A DNA stretch of 64,000 nt, from the NCBI GenBank assembly GCA_047967505.1, contig CM106538.1; one strand, written 5' to 3'. Made by a program: the position numbers and the translations under genes. Positions 24,157-37,474 of the stretch are shown one piece after another. Position 1 is the stretch's first letter. Each line of letters begins with the position of its first letter. A model generated the notes under the pieces. That model saw only the letters and a list, made by a program, of their open reading frames with translations. It did no database searches and was not told the DNA's origin. The stretch is from Dipteris shenzhenensis (Eukaryota).

Positions 24157-24618
24157 ATGGTGATCGCACTCGGTGGCCCTCCTGCGCCTGTTGTTGCCAC
24201 CGCTCCCACAGCTTGCCAGGTGCGCTGTGCCGGCTGCCGTGGGATCTTGAACGTTCCCGCAGGAATTGTTGAATTTCGTTGTCCGAAATGCAAGCTTCCG
24301 CAGATGCTTCCTCCCGAGTTGCGCCAGCAAGACCCCGGGCAGGGGATTGATCCCTCCAAAACACAGCTTCCCTGTGCCAATTGCAGAGCCCTGCTAAACG
24401 TACCGCATGGGCTGGAGAGATTCGTTTGCCCGCAATGCCGGGTGGAACTCGCTGTGGACATGTCGAAACTCCAAAATTATCTAAGCTCCCTCACAAATGT
24501 CGGTCAGCCAGGCAGAGCACTAGAGCTGCCCGATTTTACTGCGAGCTACAAGGAGGGAATTGGTTCTCCGTTCTGGAAGGAAGAGCAAGGTCCAGCTGAA
24601 GTAGAAGAGGTCAATGAG
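24157..24618 (+). CDS. FGT1: FORGETTER1 / Strawberry notch homologue, first coding exon (two N-terminal C4 zinc ribbons)
   Basis: ATG in GCCATGG context. QVRCAGC..L.V..G..EF.CP.C.LPQMLPPEL, GIDPSKTQLPCANC.ALLNVPHGL.RF.CPQC.VELAVD.SKL and EEVNE match the Arabidopsis FGT1/EMB1135 N-terminus as I recall it. Phase-0 donor GAG|GTAAGC at 24619. Confidence 0.9.
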
Positions 24619-24959
24619 GTAAGCTGCTAATTTGAAGAAGAGGGAATGAATGCCGTTGCCTTGTTGCTTGGATACTTAATCGTCGGTAAACTACCGCTTA
24701 CATCTGTCGCCTGTTGTGCGCGGAAAGAGAATGCAGATTACATTAAATGCTTCAATTTTGCAAGTATCCGCCACTGCACACTATAAACTATTCGCAATAG
24801 ACTACAAATGAAACTTCAAACGCTTCAAGCTCACAAGTATACCTCAAGTTGTGCTCTCTCCCCCACGTTAGGACCTTCAATAGAATTATATGGAAGAGCA
24901 AGAGCAGCACCTAACTGAATACCAAATGCCTCTCTTACTATGGCCGTTTGGGTTGGCAC

Positions 24960-26040
24960 TGTTAGAAATTTACCCAACAGAGGGTACGCACAGTGGAAGA
25001 CTTATAGTAATGCCTAGGAGCTCACACAGTGTGGTGTGGGTGTGGAATCACAAACTTCTTTACTTAATGTGCATCACATAGATGTGCAGACTCATCAATA
25101 GACAATGAACCAGCCAGATAGAGAAACCACCAAAATATATTTCTGTCCCAAACTATGGACACAATACAAAAGATATAGATCCAGAGTTCCACCAATGGTG
25201 TGGTCCTCTGATCTTACCACAAGGTCCTTCTCCTATCTGCCAGTTATCTCTAGACTCGAGCTCGCGTGCTCCACCTCGAGCATAAGTAAACTTTCCGTCC
25301 AAAGATCTCAGCACCTTGCTGCCCTAGTAGGCAGCCTAGGCTTCAGCCCCAAGTGAGCTCAGTCTGCAGCAACTCTGGCCCTGATTTGCCTCCCGGATGT
25401 AGGCCCAAAGATCAGGCTTCTGCTGCTCCTGCTGCTCCTATGTTTGCTGACTTGCTGGATGTGAAATGAGGCCTGTGGCCTCTGCTTTTATAGGCCCCAA
25501 GGGCCCCTTGAAGTAACCGACCAGCCAGCCCTAAATGGGCTGACTGGCTGGTCTGTTTGGGCCGACCAGTCTGCCCCAAAACCAGCCCTTTAAGGGCTCC
25601 AAAAACTAGGGCTCTTTGGCCCACACTTCTAGGGCTTTTGGCCCTCCAATCTAGGCAAGGGCCCAGCCTATATAAGGCATGCCTCTTCCCACTGGCAGCC
25701 CCATTTGCTGCTCCACCAGGCCCCAGCCATGTCAGCGCCTGTTCACCCTGCTGCTGCTGGTTCTGCCCTCTGCCAGGCTCTTCTCCAGCCACGTGTGCAG
25801 CACCGTACTGAACCGTACTGCTGCTGACATCATCGTGCCCTGCCAGGTCAGATTTAGGGCTTGCTGTCCCCGCCTTCTGCTCCTTCCACAGGTTCCGTCC
25901 TTTGCAGCCTTCTTCTCTTGTGAGGTGCTGCCCATGTGGCAGCCCTCTCTCTCTTCTCTGGGCATCTTCTGCCCTAGGTCTCCCTCCCCCACGCTCTCCT
26001 CATTTGGGGGCTTACAGATGGGGAGGTGACCTTTCCAACA
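24960..26040 (-). mobile_element. Solo LTR (1081 bp)
   Basis: TGTTAGAAA...TTTCCAACA with a perfect 5-bp TSD GGCAC (24955-24959, 26041-26045). Orientation taken from the related LTR ending at 32036 beside a PPT. Confidence 0.93.
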
Positions 26041-26361
26041 GGCACCCTCTCGGCACTATTATCAACCATGTACTCATGGTCCACAACCAAGGCTCATCTT
26101 GAGGTGAGTGTTGAGCTCTGACTTTTCAATGCTTTAGTGGAGTCTCCATTGCATAACTTTGAAGTCGGCTTTTGAGGGCTTGGGAAGCACTTGGACAAAT
26201 ATTATGGTAGATGGACCAAGTCGAGCTGAGCTCAATCGTGCTCAAAATTCCACTTTGATGACCCATGGAGAATATAAACGGGCTACCCAAGAGAGAATAT
26301 TTGAATCTTTGCACGCTGTACACATGCTAAAGGCCTCACACTCGGTGGTACTATAGTTGTC

Positions 26362-26478
26362 TTCAAGACAACATTCTACTACCTTAGCATATAGGGTAAT
26401 CTACCTTGCCCGTAAGTTCAAGACAACATTCTACTACCTTAGCACATAGGGTAATCTACCTTGCCCGTAAGTTCAAGA
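26362..26478. repeat. 55-bp tandem duplication
   Basis: TTCAAGACAACATTCTACTACC...CCCGTAAG at 26362 and 26417. Confidence 0.9.
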
Positions 26479-26974
26479 TAGTAACCTAAAGGTCATATGG
26501 ACTTGGGTGTTGTTTTGTTTTGGTATCCCCACCTCTTATTTATTCGTTTCTTATCCCGTAAGGGACTATGGATTCATGGTGGTTTTTTTGCTAATTAGGG
26601 CCGATGGTCCTTTTCATGAGTATTTGGTCAAGCTGATCCTATTAAAAGATTCATTTAGGCTTTAATGTTGCCTTTAGCATGAGAGGTTAAGGTTTCTTAG
26701 TATGACAATGGGTTCCATTCCATGGTCCCTCTACATTTATTCATCCTTTTCACTCTTTCAGCTCTCTCTTCTTCATCTTACTCTCTCCATATGTTTTTTT
26801 CTATCCTGGAAGATTTTATTTTATTGTTAATTTCTGATACTTTACATTTTTGTAATACGAGAACTTAGTGGTTGTGCCACCTTTTAGTAATTTAAAAAAT
26901 TGTTTCTATGTGCTGCATTGGTTTATCTATTGTTACCTTGTGTTAGCATTGGTGTTTCTTTGTTTTCCACCAAG

Positions 26975-27792
26975 ATTGAGTTCTAGCGCGACCACTTCTT
27001 GAGAGGATCAGAGCATGGACTCATCCTCAGACCCCGGTACCTAGAGGATAGAGGAGTCTCACATGCACCGAGGATTGCCATTGGGCAGATGCAAGTCTCG
27101 TCCCATCATTTGAGGATTCAGAGAGCAATGGATTTGCAGGTTGTGGACGATGGGGGAGGTCGAGACAGAGGAGCACTTTTGGTGTGCTTGTCCAGCTTAC
27201 TTTGAGGTCCGAGGATGATACCACTGCCTCTCGCAGGAGGGACATAGGATTGGCCCACTCTCACGGTGGATCCACTTTCATGACTAGGTTTGCGTTGGGC
27301 TCTATTGGATTGAGATGCGAGGGCATAGAGAGATACTGTTGATTGCCGAGCCAGAGACAGTGAGACCACATACGGCACTGAGAGTAGTGATCAAAGCACG
27401 CACGATTGAGGTCCGGTCTATCACAACTCTCCTCAAAGGAGACTGCTAGGTGTCATTGGATATAGAGGTCGAGGAGACCACGTCCTCCACCATAGCTAGA
27501 GACAGCTCGACAGACTTAGATTTGAGACATCTTGATAGCCCATCGGAGAGCCATCACGGCACCGGGTTTTGGATTTTGAGTCTTAGTTTTTTAGTTTTCA
27601 GTTTCCGTTCAGTTTCGAGTTTTGAGTTTGAGCTCTTGAGTTCTTTAGGTTAACATAGCAGTCAACAAGGGCCATAGGACACCCTTTGCTTCAGCCCTTA
27701 GAGGCTTGTATGAGCTACTTTTCTTGATGTACTTGTTCCATAGGCCTGTGGGCCTTTTGAGGACGTTAATCTCTCTCTCTCTCTCTCTCTCT
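26975..27792 (+). mobile_element. 5'-truncated RTEX/CR1-like LINE 3' end with (CT)n tail
   Basis: SSHHLRI...EEHF..C..Y..RG C-terminal motif remnants, terminal stem-loop, (CT)n tail. Homologous to 28350-29366. Confidence 0.75.
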
Positions 27793-27829
27793 TTGTGGCA
27801 CTTTTGAGATAGTGCTTCTAGGCACACTT

Positions 27830-29366
27830 CTAGGATCCACTGACAAAGGGTTGGCTTTTTGATACACTAGTGCGACCAACTGCCATGTATGCAGCACCCT
27901 TCTAGGGAGGTGATCTACCCATGATATAGTGGAGGAAATTTGAGCGACTACAGGTGACTATGGGGTCCAGGATGATTCGGAGTAAGCCTTCAATTCCACA
28001 TGAGATAGTACAGGCAGAGTTTGCGATGACACCTCTACAGCTCGATGCCATCTTTTAGACAGTGACATTAATCCACAGAGTCTGGGACTTACCTCGATGG
28101 AGACTACCGAGGCTGGACCTGGCGTCATCAAGACGACTAGTTGAGAGTGGAGTAGATGCATGGTATGTGCGTATATCCACATGGCTTGCCAGGCACAGTA
28201 TTTAGATGGACATGCTCCCTCCCTTTCAGTTCAGCATGGACGTACCTCCTGAGTCGATCTTGCGAGATGAGATTAACCATATCACATGGTTAGATCTCCT
28301 CCAGCTCCATACATCTCGGACTTGTGGGGGGGATCAGGAGCTCCTCACCAAGTCTCAGTTCTATCGCGACCACTTCCTGAGAGTATCGGAGGAGGGATTC
28401 ATAATCAGACCCCAGTATCTCGAGGACTGAGGAGTCTCGCATGCACTGAGGATCGCCATTGGACATATGCGTGTTTCATCCCATCAGTTGACGATCGAGA
28501 CGGGGAGAGCACCATGTATACCCAGAGAGCAACGGATTCGCATGATATGCACATTGAGAGTGGTTGAGATAGAGGAGCATTTTCTATGTGCCTGCCTAGC
28601 TTACTATGAGATCAGGGGACGATACTACGGCCTCTACTAGGAGGGGAGCGGCTTCGGCCCGCTCTCACGACTGATCCACTTCCATGACCAGGTCTACATT
28701 GGCCTTGTCTACATTGGCCTTTATTTGCTTGGGATGCATTGACTCGCATGATATAGAGGTTGACAGGGCACATCGACACGTCACAGACTTTAATGCATTT
28801 GAGTCAACTCCAAGACATAGTGGGGTGGAGGAGGAGAAACTAGTTGATGTGCGGGCAGCCTGGATCACTGTGAGAGGGACGCAGAGATCACTTGCGGCAT
28901 GGAGAGCGACTAGAGCATACTCTATTGAAGTCTGGCCTATCACAACTTTCTTGAGGGGAGACCGCCCAAGACGAGGGGTCACTCTAGAGATAGCCCAACG
29001 GGTTGAGAGATTGAGGAGACCACGCCATCTTTCGCCAGTAGAGCGTGAGACAACCCGATAGACGTAGATCCGAGATATTTTCGCCGCTCATAGACGAGCC
29101 ACTGCGGTGCCGGGTTTCGTCCCAACTCTCAGCCTACTTCAGTTAGCATCTGATTTATACTTGATTTTGCCCGAGCTATTTGGCTCTTTAGATTAGTTTA
29201 GTGTTTAGCACTCAGCAAGGGCCCTAGCGCACCCTTTGCCCCAGCCCATTGAGGCTTGCATGAGTTTTTCCTTTTTGGTGTACTTTGTACTTTGTCCCAT
29301 AGGCCAGTGAGACCTCCCGCGGACATTAATACCTACCTCTTACTTTCTTTCTTTCTCTCTCTCTCT
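27830..29366 (+). mobile_element. 5'-truncated RTEX/CR1-like LINE 3' part
   Basis: Longer homologue of 26975-27792 with the same 3' UTR, stem-loop and CT-rich tail. Confidence 0.75.
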
Positions 29367-29519
29367 CCCCCCCGTACAGTGCTCTCCCTACTCTGCTCTC
29401 TCCTGCACAGTCCCCTCCCTGCCCGCATAGCTCTGTCCCTGCTCTGCTCCCCTCATGCACAGCCCCCTCCTCGTTCTGCCCTCCCCCCAGAGCTTACCCT
29501 TATTGCTTATGTGATGACT

Positions 29520-30700
29520 TGAAATGCTGCATCGGGTTGTATAGCAGGGACGCCCCAAACTCATTTGGCGTGGGATTGAAGGCTTATTGCGAATCATCTG
29601 TGAAAGCATGAGAACCTGAAGCCTCTCAACTTGAGCCCAATCTGTCTCTGATAGATCTAGCCCCCAACAAGGGCTGCCATAGGGCCTTGGAAGTGAGAAT
29701 GAAAGCACTGTTGCTTGAGTCTGGCCAACGTGGCGTACCCCCTGCTCAGTCGGACCTGTAATGCTGGTCACATCGTACAGATCGGGCCGGAGAAAAGGAC
29801 CCCTAGGTATGTGTAGGATGCAACCACCTCGATTGGCAACTCATCTAGAGTGCTCTCAGTGCATGGCTGCCATGAACGTGTTGAAGATCATGACCTTGGT
29901 TTTACCAAGGTTGACCTTCAAGTTGTGTATCTTACATAAGGTATGAATTGCATCTAAGTGTCGCTGGAGACCCTTTGCTGATGAAGATAGAAAGGCCATG
30001 TCATCTGCGTACATGAGAATATGAAGTAAGGATCGGGCTAGAGAGTGGCTAGAAAGCTCCTAGGGTCCCATTAAAGGTCTCAAGCACGTCTATGTAGAGC
30101 CCGAATGAGGTCGGTGATAACGGACAACCTTGTTTGATCTCAATGTACTCATGATCTCCCTTGTCCACCCTGCATCTGTTCAAATCCTTGCGTGTACCTG
30201 TCCTTGTGTCCCCGAGGAAAGAGGGCTGCACATGGTGAGGTCCCAACCTCCTCACGTAGGTCCCTGGCAAAATGTGAGGTCTCGAGGGGAAGTAACTGAT
30301 TGCGACGAATAGGTCTTCATGGGGAGGTTGTCGGATCTGAATCTATGTGACCCTAGCATGTGGATCTCTCCTCTTGATGGAGATCGTCCTAGTAAGGGAT
30401 AGTCATATAGTACTGCCACTTCTCTCGATCGTTGGATTCCTCCTGTCTATTGGGTCTCATCGGATGGTTTAGTTGTACCGAATGCACGTAAAGATTTCAT
30501 AGCTATACTGGGACTGATGGCCTCATACGGCTCTTCCCGTCATGACGGCGTCCCCCTATATTTAGCCATGACGGGAGGCTCAGTACGTTTTGGGTTGTGG
30601 TATGATTTTACTCCGAATTGTAGTCAGGACGATAGTTTAACGCGAGTTCGAATGCTTTACGTATGACTCGCCGTTATCTACGGCCCATCCGGTTCCTGTG
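29520..30700 (-). mobile_element. RTEX/CR1-like LINE internal fragment (RT)
   Basis: Minus strand reads IKQGCPLSPTSFGLYID, LMYADDMA and KVNLGKTKVMIF (~29880-30140). Outer limits approximate. Confidence 0.8.
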
Positions 30701-31079
30701 ATTCAGGTTCCTTCTACTTTTGGCTTTAGGTGAGTGCAATTCTGCTTTTGCTTCTGGCTTCTTAAAGGGAAAAGCTCTAGGTTCCTGCAAGGTTGGGTTC
30801 TTCAGCGGTTCTTCAACTAGCGATGCGATAAAACAATCGAGATGGAGGCTTAGGTAGAACTGGAGGATGAAATGACTGAACTAATCCAGGAGTTGTCTTC
30901 GACATCCCTCGGCACCATAAAGCTTCGGTCATGCAAGCACCCATAAAGCTTCGGTCACATAAAGCACCCACCTAAAGCCTTTCTATATACGAAATTTTCC
31001 AATGCTAATCCTTCTGCTTGCAAGTCACAGTGCTTGGACTGCACCCCTTGTCCATCATTCGAGTGGATATGGAGAGGTC

Positions 31080-32480
31080 CATTTCCATCCAAGGCTATGG
31101 ACACAATACAAAAGAGATAGATCCAAAGTCCCACTAGAGTGTGGTCCTTTGATCTTACCACAAGGTACTTCTACTATCTGCCGGATATCTCTAGAACACT
31201 GAGCCCACATGCTCCACCTCGAGCGTATGTAGACTCTTCGTCCTGATCCCTTCCACCTTGCTGTCCGGAAGCCAGCCTAGGTGGGCAACACCTTGCTGAG
31301 CTAGGTCTGCAGCTCTACAGCCCACTTGTCTTCTCCTGGATGGAGGCCCACCAGTGGCTGGTCTGCTGCTCCTTCTGCTCCCTGAAGTGCTGCTCCAAGT
31401 GAATGAATTGTGAGGCATCAAGCCTCTCCTTTTATAGGCCCCAAGGGCTGGCAAACCTACTGACCCAGCAGCCTTAAAGGGCCGACTGCTGGTCGGTTCA
31501 ATTTCCCCCCCCTGGCCGACTGGTTGGGTCCCTCCTGGGGCTCCATATTTAGGGCCTTTGGCCCTCATTTCATTGCAGGGGCCTAGCCCCTATGCAGGCC
31601 TGCCTGGCCAACCTGTGTGGGCTATAAATATGTGCCCAAGGCCAGTCCCTTGCAGTTCTCCTTGCTGCTGCTCCTGACCACCTGGATGCCCACTCTCTAG
31701 CCCAATTTAGGGCCTCCAAACCAGCCCAAAACCTGCTCCACTTCTGCGCTTATCCATCCTGCACATCCCACCACGTGGCAGCCCTGTTTCTCGTGCGCAA
31801 TCAGGTCCTCTCTCCATGTGGACAGCCTCTGGATCTCCTTCTGCCAGATCTGCCCTCGAGGAAGCCCTTTCATTTCCAGGTATCTCTTCATATGTGCTGC
31901 CCACATGACAGCCATCATGCTGTCCATGTGGCAGCCCCTTCTTTTCACTCTTTTCTCTTGGCAGATGCCCTAGGTCTCCCTCCCCCATGCTCTCCTCATA
32001 TGGGGGCTTACAGACAGGGAGGTGACCTTTCCAACACCCCCTCTCACCGACACATCTCGGCCCAATGCCAATAACTCCCTAGTAGTAGTCCTCTGGAATA
32101 TTTCGATGTCGAAATCTTTTCCTGGCTTTTCATGTAGTGGCTCCTGGTCCACCAGGTCCAGTTCCGTTTCCGCTTCCGCACACAATCCTGGTACATAGGT
32201 CCATCTCTGGAAGTACCTCCTGGCACCACCACCTTCAGTCACGTTCCCGCCTTCAAACTCGAGCAATCCAAACGCCACGATCTTCCAGTTGTCCCCCTCA
32301 TAATGAGTGAACAACCTGGAGTCCTCCAGGCACCATGCTCTGAGGGTCCATTTCAACCCGTCCTTCCTTTGGCAAGGTCCGCAACAAAAGAACCATCTCG
32401 AGAAATGAAATCCAAGAATATCTCCAGATAACCTGGACCACGAATTCTCACTGAGCTCTCAAGCAGGTACTCTTCTGGCT
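31080..32480 (-). mobile_element. Truncated LTR element: 3' LTR (to 32036), PPT and short internal remnant
   Basis: Homologous to the solo LTR 25130-26040. Minus-strand TGAGAGGGGG|TGTTGGAAAGG PPT/LTR junction at 32046-32026. Confidence 0.8.
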
Positions 32481-32489
32481 TGAGACACA

Positions 32490-35400
32490 GTCCCTCTTCT
32501 TCCTGTAGATGATGTTTCAAGGAAGAGCAAGAAACCTTGAAAGGAGGACAGCAAAAAGAGGAAAGCAGGTAGTCAAGAAGGGAGTACGCCTTCCAAGAAG
32601 AAAAAGGCTAAGCATCATCATAGCTCTTCAAGTCCTTCTTCTTCTAGTTCTACCTCTTCATCCTCATCTTCGTCTTCTTCTGGGTCATCAAAGCCAAGGC
32701 ATTAGAAGAAGTCATCAGGAAAGAAAGTAAAGGCCAAGGAGTTCAAAGGTGGGAAGTCTGTCAGGTTTGCTACATTTAATGGCCAGTATGGCCAGACAGA
32801 AAAAGCCATGCAGTTTATTAGGCAATTTGTTGCAGCCTTTGGCATGGAGAAAGTTTCTGGGTCCTCCAAGCTGCGAATGGTTAGTTTGCACCTGAGAGCA
32901 TTGGCTAGTGCATGGTGGAGTGCACAGACTACAGCTGACACTGCTCCAAGCAAGTGGAAGGGCTTCAAGAAAGCCTTCTACAAACAGTTTATGCCCAAGC
33001 AATTCAAAGACCATGTCCTTGTTGCCTGAGATGACTTGCATATGGATGTAGGAGGTACAGTTTGGGCTACAACCAGAAATTTTGGGATGCATATTTGCAA
33101 ATCACTCCGTTCAAGAAGGTCCCAAAGAAGACCTAGGTAAGAAAGTATAGGTTTGGTCTCACGTCAAAGATACAGACTGTGGTTAATACCCAGCAACATA
33201 AATGCATATGCATGATCCTACCACAATGCCTTCTCTTTTTGCTGGGACAGCAAACAAGAAAAAGCCAGCCACACCTCAGTCAAAGAAAAAGGAGTTTCCC
33301 AAGGCTAAAAAGAGGGAATTCCAGCCTCAGATTCCGAGGGGAAACCAAGCACCAAAAGCCTTCAAGGGTAAACTCCAGTTTTTACCTGAGCAGATAGCCA
33401 TTTTTCGCAAAGAGGGGAAATGTTTCAGGTATGGGAAAGAAGGGCATGTGGCTGCCCAGTGCCCCGAGAAACCTTCGGGTTCTAGGAAGCAGAGAAAGCC
33501 ACCAGGACAACAAAAGCCAATGGCAGGAGGAATTACAGACATTTTGGGCCGAGTGACGAATCCAGAGGAAAGAGAGTTGCTGCTTTCTTGGGGCAAGATA
33601 AGAGACTAGCAGGCGCTTATATTGTTTGATCCCGGGGCTACAGATTACTTTATCTCAGAGGATTTAGCCCTGAGGCTGGGGATAAAGATAGAGGAATTGG
33701 GCAGGCTCTGGATGCTGACCAGATGTCCTGTGGGAACCCTTTGCCAGCTACTCCCATGATAGGGAAGCTACGTCTTCATGTTCACAACTATGTTGATCAG
33801 GAAGATTTCTTCATCTCCCCACTAAAACATCATGACGAGGTTTTGAGTATGCCTTGGTTCCATCGCAAGGCAATGAAACTAACTCTTCCCGAGAGAGTGC
33901 TTGAGTTTGTACATAGGGGTCAAATGCAGCGTGTGGTTGCTAGGAATAGAGGGGAAACCATCCCCATTGTATCATGTTTCAGTTGGAAAAGCAATAAAGT
34001 TTGCAGTTTCAGCGTATATGGTTTTTATAAAAGAAAGAGGTGCTGAATTGCAGTTGAAATGATTGAGGCAGATAAATATAGATTTCAGTTTTTTGTAAAC
34101 CTTAAAGATTGTTTTTCTTACGCTTTGCCAGGGGAGTTACCCCCCTGAAAGACGTGAAGATCATGGCATAGAGCTTATTCCTGGCAGTGCGCCACCTAAT
34201 AGGCCCCCATACAGAGTTAGTGCAACTTAGTGAGAAGAAATCATGGCCGAGGTGCAAGACTTGTTGTCCAAGGGGCTGATTTAGCCTAGTTCTTCTCCAT
34301 TTTGCTCCCCTGTATTGCTTGTACAGAAGAAAGATGGCACTAAACAAAATGACCATCAAGAACAGATTCCCAATTCCGTGCATTGGTGATGTGCTGGACC
34401 AGTTAAATGGAGCGTCAGTTTTCAGCAGGATAGACTTAAAGAGTGGTTATCACCAAGTGAGGATACAGCCTCAGGATGTGCACAAGACAACGTTTCACAC
34501 TACTTGGGCTGTATGAGTATCTGGTGATGCCTTTTGGGTTGACAAATGCCCTGGCTACTTTCAACATAATGATGGATCGTATCTTCCGACCTTATAGAGA
34601 GTTCACAGGAACCTTCTTCGATGACATCATTGTCTATGTTCTTACTACAGAAGATTTATCAGGCATTTTACGGATATAGCTGCTCCTCTTCACGACTGAA
34701 CCAAGAAAAATGCAGCTTTCAGATGGGGTACTCCACAGAAGAAAGCATTGACCACACTCAAAGAGAAGTTGACCATAGAGCCAATTTTGATAGTTCCTGA
34801 TTTGTATCAGCCATTTGATGTGATTGTGATGTCTGTGGGGAGTGTGTTGGGACTGCATTGCACCAGAATGGTCATGTAGTGGCCTACGAGAGTAGGAGAC
34901 TCCGAGATGCCAAGAGATATTTGGTGCATTGCACCAGAATGGTCATGTAGTGGCCTACGAGAGCAGGAGACTCCGAGATGCCAAGAGATATTTGGGAATC
35001 TATGAGAAAGAGTTGCTGGTTGTGATTCATGCCCTCCATACATGGAAGCATTATCTTTTGGGTGCATACTTTTACAGTAAAGACTGATCACCAAAGTCTG
35101 GGATATTTCTTGACTTAGACTAAGCTCTCCGAGAAGCATATGAAATGGGCAAACATGCTGTCAATGTATCATTTTCAGATTGTCCATACTCCGGAAGCTC
35201 AAAACGGAGTGGTAGATGCCTTGTCTCAAGGATCCCAGGTGAACAATGTAACTATTGCTTCAAAAACTATTCGGCATTGGATGCCAATTGGATGGATGAA
35301 GACACGCTGTCTGATCATCCACAACTTTTGGATATTTACAAGGAAGCTTTTTAGTTGAGGTAAACTGAATAGAAGCCGAGGGGATGTCACAAAGTTGTAA

Positions 35401-36160
35401 ATTCTTCAAAGTCAAAGTTTTCATTTACCATTTATTTGATCATAATTAAAGAGTCTCTCATTTATTTAATTATGTTTAAAAAGTTATATTTAATTGGTCA
35501 AAGTATTGACCTTTGTCAAAGATACTTAACCTCGGTTAAGTAAGCCTAACCCTGGTTAGGACGACTTGACGTATGCTAAGAGGTTTAACTGCGGTTAACC
35601 AAAGAACCTCTGACTCCAGTCAAAAAGAGTTGACTTCGGTCAACAAGACTTGCTTTAGCCAAAGTAGGTTGACTCCGATCAACCTAGATCATTACCGACT
35701 CCGGTTGGAGAGTTCTATTATTAATTAAGGCGCCTTGACCCTTGGTCAAAGTCCTTAATTCCGGCTAGAAGGGGTGGCTTTTGTCAACCACAGAGTTAGT
35801 TATTTTAATGTGCACATGTTTTGCTTGGAGACACCCACAGAGACTAGGATTAGTCTAGAATTTATTTGCATGCAAAAGTGCTAACGATTAATGGGTGCCA
35901 TGGCTATGTGCGCTTTAATTAATGGTTGCCGGTTTTAAGAGGGGTTGATTGCCCAAGTGCTATGGAGCCCAGTGGGTAGCCAGGAGATATCCATGTGACT
36001 GAGGGCTATGAAGACCCTAGAGTTTTGCCCTTTGTGGCATGTAGTTAGTTATTTTGACACTTGGCATGTTGCCAAAAGAAGTGAGGTGTGAGCTCTTTTG
36101 TAAGGATGATTTCACATATGTTTCTCAACTAAGCAGCCCGTGAGCTGAATTGTAACCTGT
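32490..36160 (+). mobile_element. Decayed Ty3/gypsy chromovirus-like element with integrase deleted
   Basis: gag with CFRYGKEGHVAAQC, protease [23 protein letters not shown] and FFDDIIVY, RNase H. It then jumps to a chromodomain-like tail FKNYSALDANWMDE...PQLLDIY, PPT GAAGCCGAGGGGA, and an LTR starting TG at 35385 (end not resolved). Confidence 0.85.
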
Positions 36161-36233
36161 ACTCAGAATTTTCTGAATGAATAAAGACCTTCGGGGGGTC
36201 CAGCCCGACGATTGTCCTGGGCCCTAGTGTGCT

Positions 36234-36247
<14 letters not shown>

Positions 36248-36303
<56 letters not shown>

Positions 36304-36590
36304 AGTAGAAGTAGAATTTATTAACGTCCTCGGGGGGCCAAAAAAGGACCCATGGGACCCGTCTCGATACAATGTAAAAAGAGTCTCCTCAAGGAGAGGG
36401 GTCAGGAGTCTATGAGTTCCTGATGACAGGTAAAAAGACGAGTGACAAAAGATCCCAATGCTGCCGGAGAGGCAGTGAAGAGAACTGATGTCAACTGAGC
36501 GGAGTCCCCCAGTATCTGCTGGTAGTCCTCCCTGATATGTGCATATCGGGGGCACTGTAGAGCTACATGTGCCTCCGTCTCAACTGTCTA
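36248..36590 (-). mobile_element. Short RTEX-like LINE 3' end with (CT)n tail
   Basis: Terminal stem-loop GTCC-CAT...GGAC-GTTAAT on minus at 36321-36358, followed by a long (GA)n on plus. Confidence 0.65.
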
Positions 36591-36597
36591 CATGTCA

Positions 36598-36600
<3 letters not shown>

Positions 36601-36645
<45 letters not shown>

Positions 36646-37445
36646 AACGTCCGTAGGAGGCCTCACGGGCCTATGGGACAAGGTACAGAATCAAGTAACT
36701 CATACAGACCACTGTGGGCCGGGGCAAAGGGCTCACTAAGGCCCTTGCTGAGTACTAAAATGCTATACTAGTACAAAATAGCAAAAAAGTTGCAAAATAG
36801 CATGAGGGTGGCATGAAAATATCAAGTGCTCAGAGCTAGAGTCCCAAGTACATGAACCGGCTCCACATATCCAGGTTGCATGGTGGCCCTCTGATGAGAT
36901 GCAAAGAGCTCACGTATCTGCATCTATCGGGTTCTCTCCCGCAGTGGTGGAGGGCGTGGTGTCCTGGATCTCTGGATCGGATGGGCTATGTCAAGGGTTA
37001 TGCCTCGCCTCGGTCGATCTCCCTTGAGGAGAGCTGAAATAGGTCGTACCTCGATCGTGTGTGCTTTGGTTGCCTATCGTGTCGTGTATGGTCTCTGTGT
37101 CCCTCGTCCAGCAGTGTTGTGTCGGCTCTCTTCACTGATCCATATATCTCTCATGTCGGCTAGCTCCTCCTCCTCTACCCGAGAGTGCTTTATCCGTGAC
37201 CTGTCTGTGTGCTCAGTCTACCTTAGTACCCTGTGGTGCGGTGGTCCCATCCTGCTGCTTTGATATGTCGTAGTAGCGTCTCTCTGGGTCGTCGCATTTC
37301 CATCGGGTATAGCCCAATACAGACCTTGTCCTGGAAGTGGATTAGTTGTGAGAGTGGGCCAAAGCCGTGCCCCTCCTGAAAAAGGCAGTGGTAGCGCCCT
37401 CGGATCTAATAGTAGGCTAGGCAGACACATAGCAAGTGATTTCTC
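36601..37445 (-). mobile_element. 5'-truncated RTEX-like LINE 3' part with (CT)n tail
   Basis: Inverted homologue of 28570-29330 (HLLCVCLAYY.IRGRY), stem-loop at 36649-36679, (GA)n at 36601-36638. Confidence 0.8.
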
Positions 37446-37474
37446 AGCAAGAAGAAGAATTCATGACGCTGAAT

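Noticed and set aside
24124-24630. Stand-alone 168-aa LSD1-like zinc-finger gene
   Set aside because: Motifs match the FGT1 N-terminus; the ORF's TTG start and last codons run past the ATG and the splice donor.
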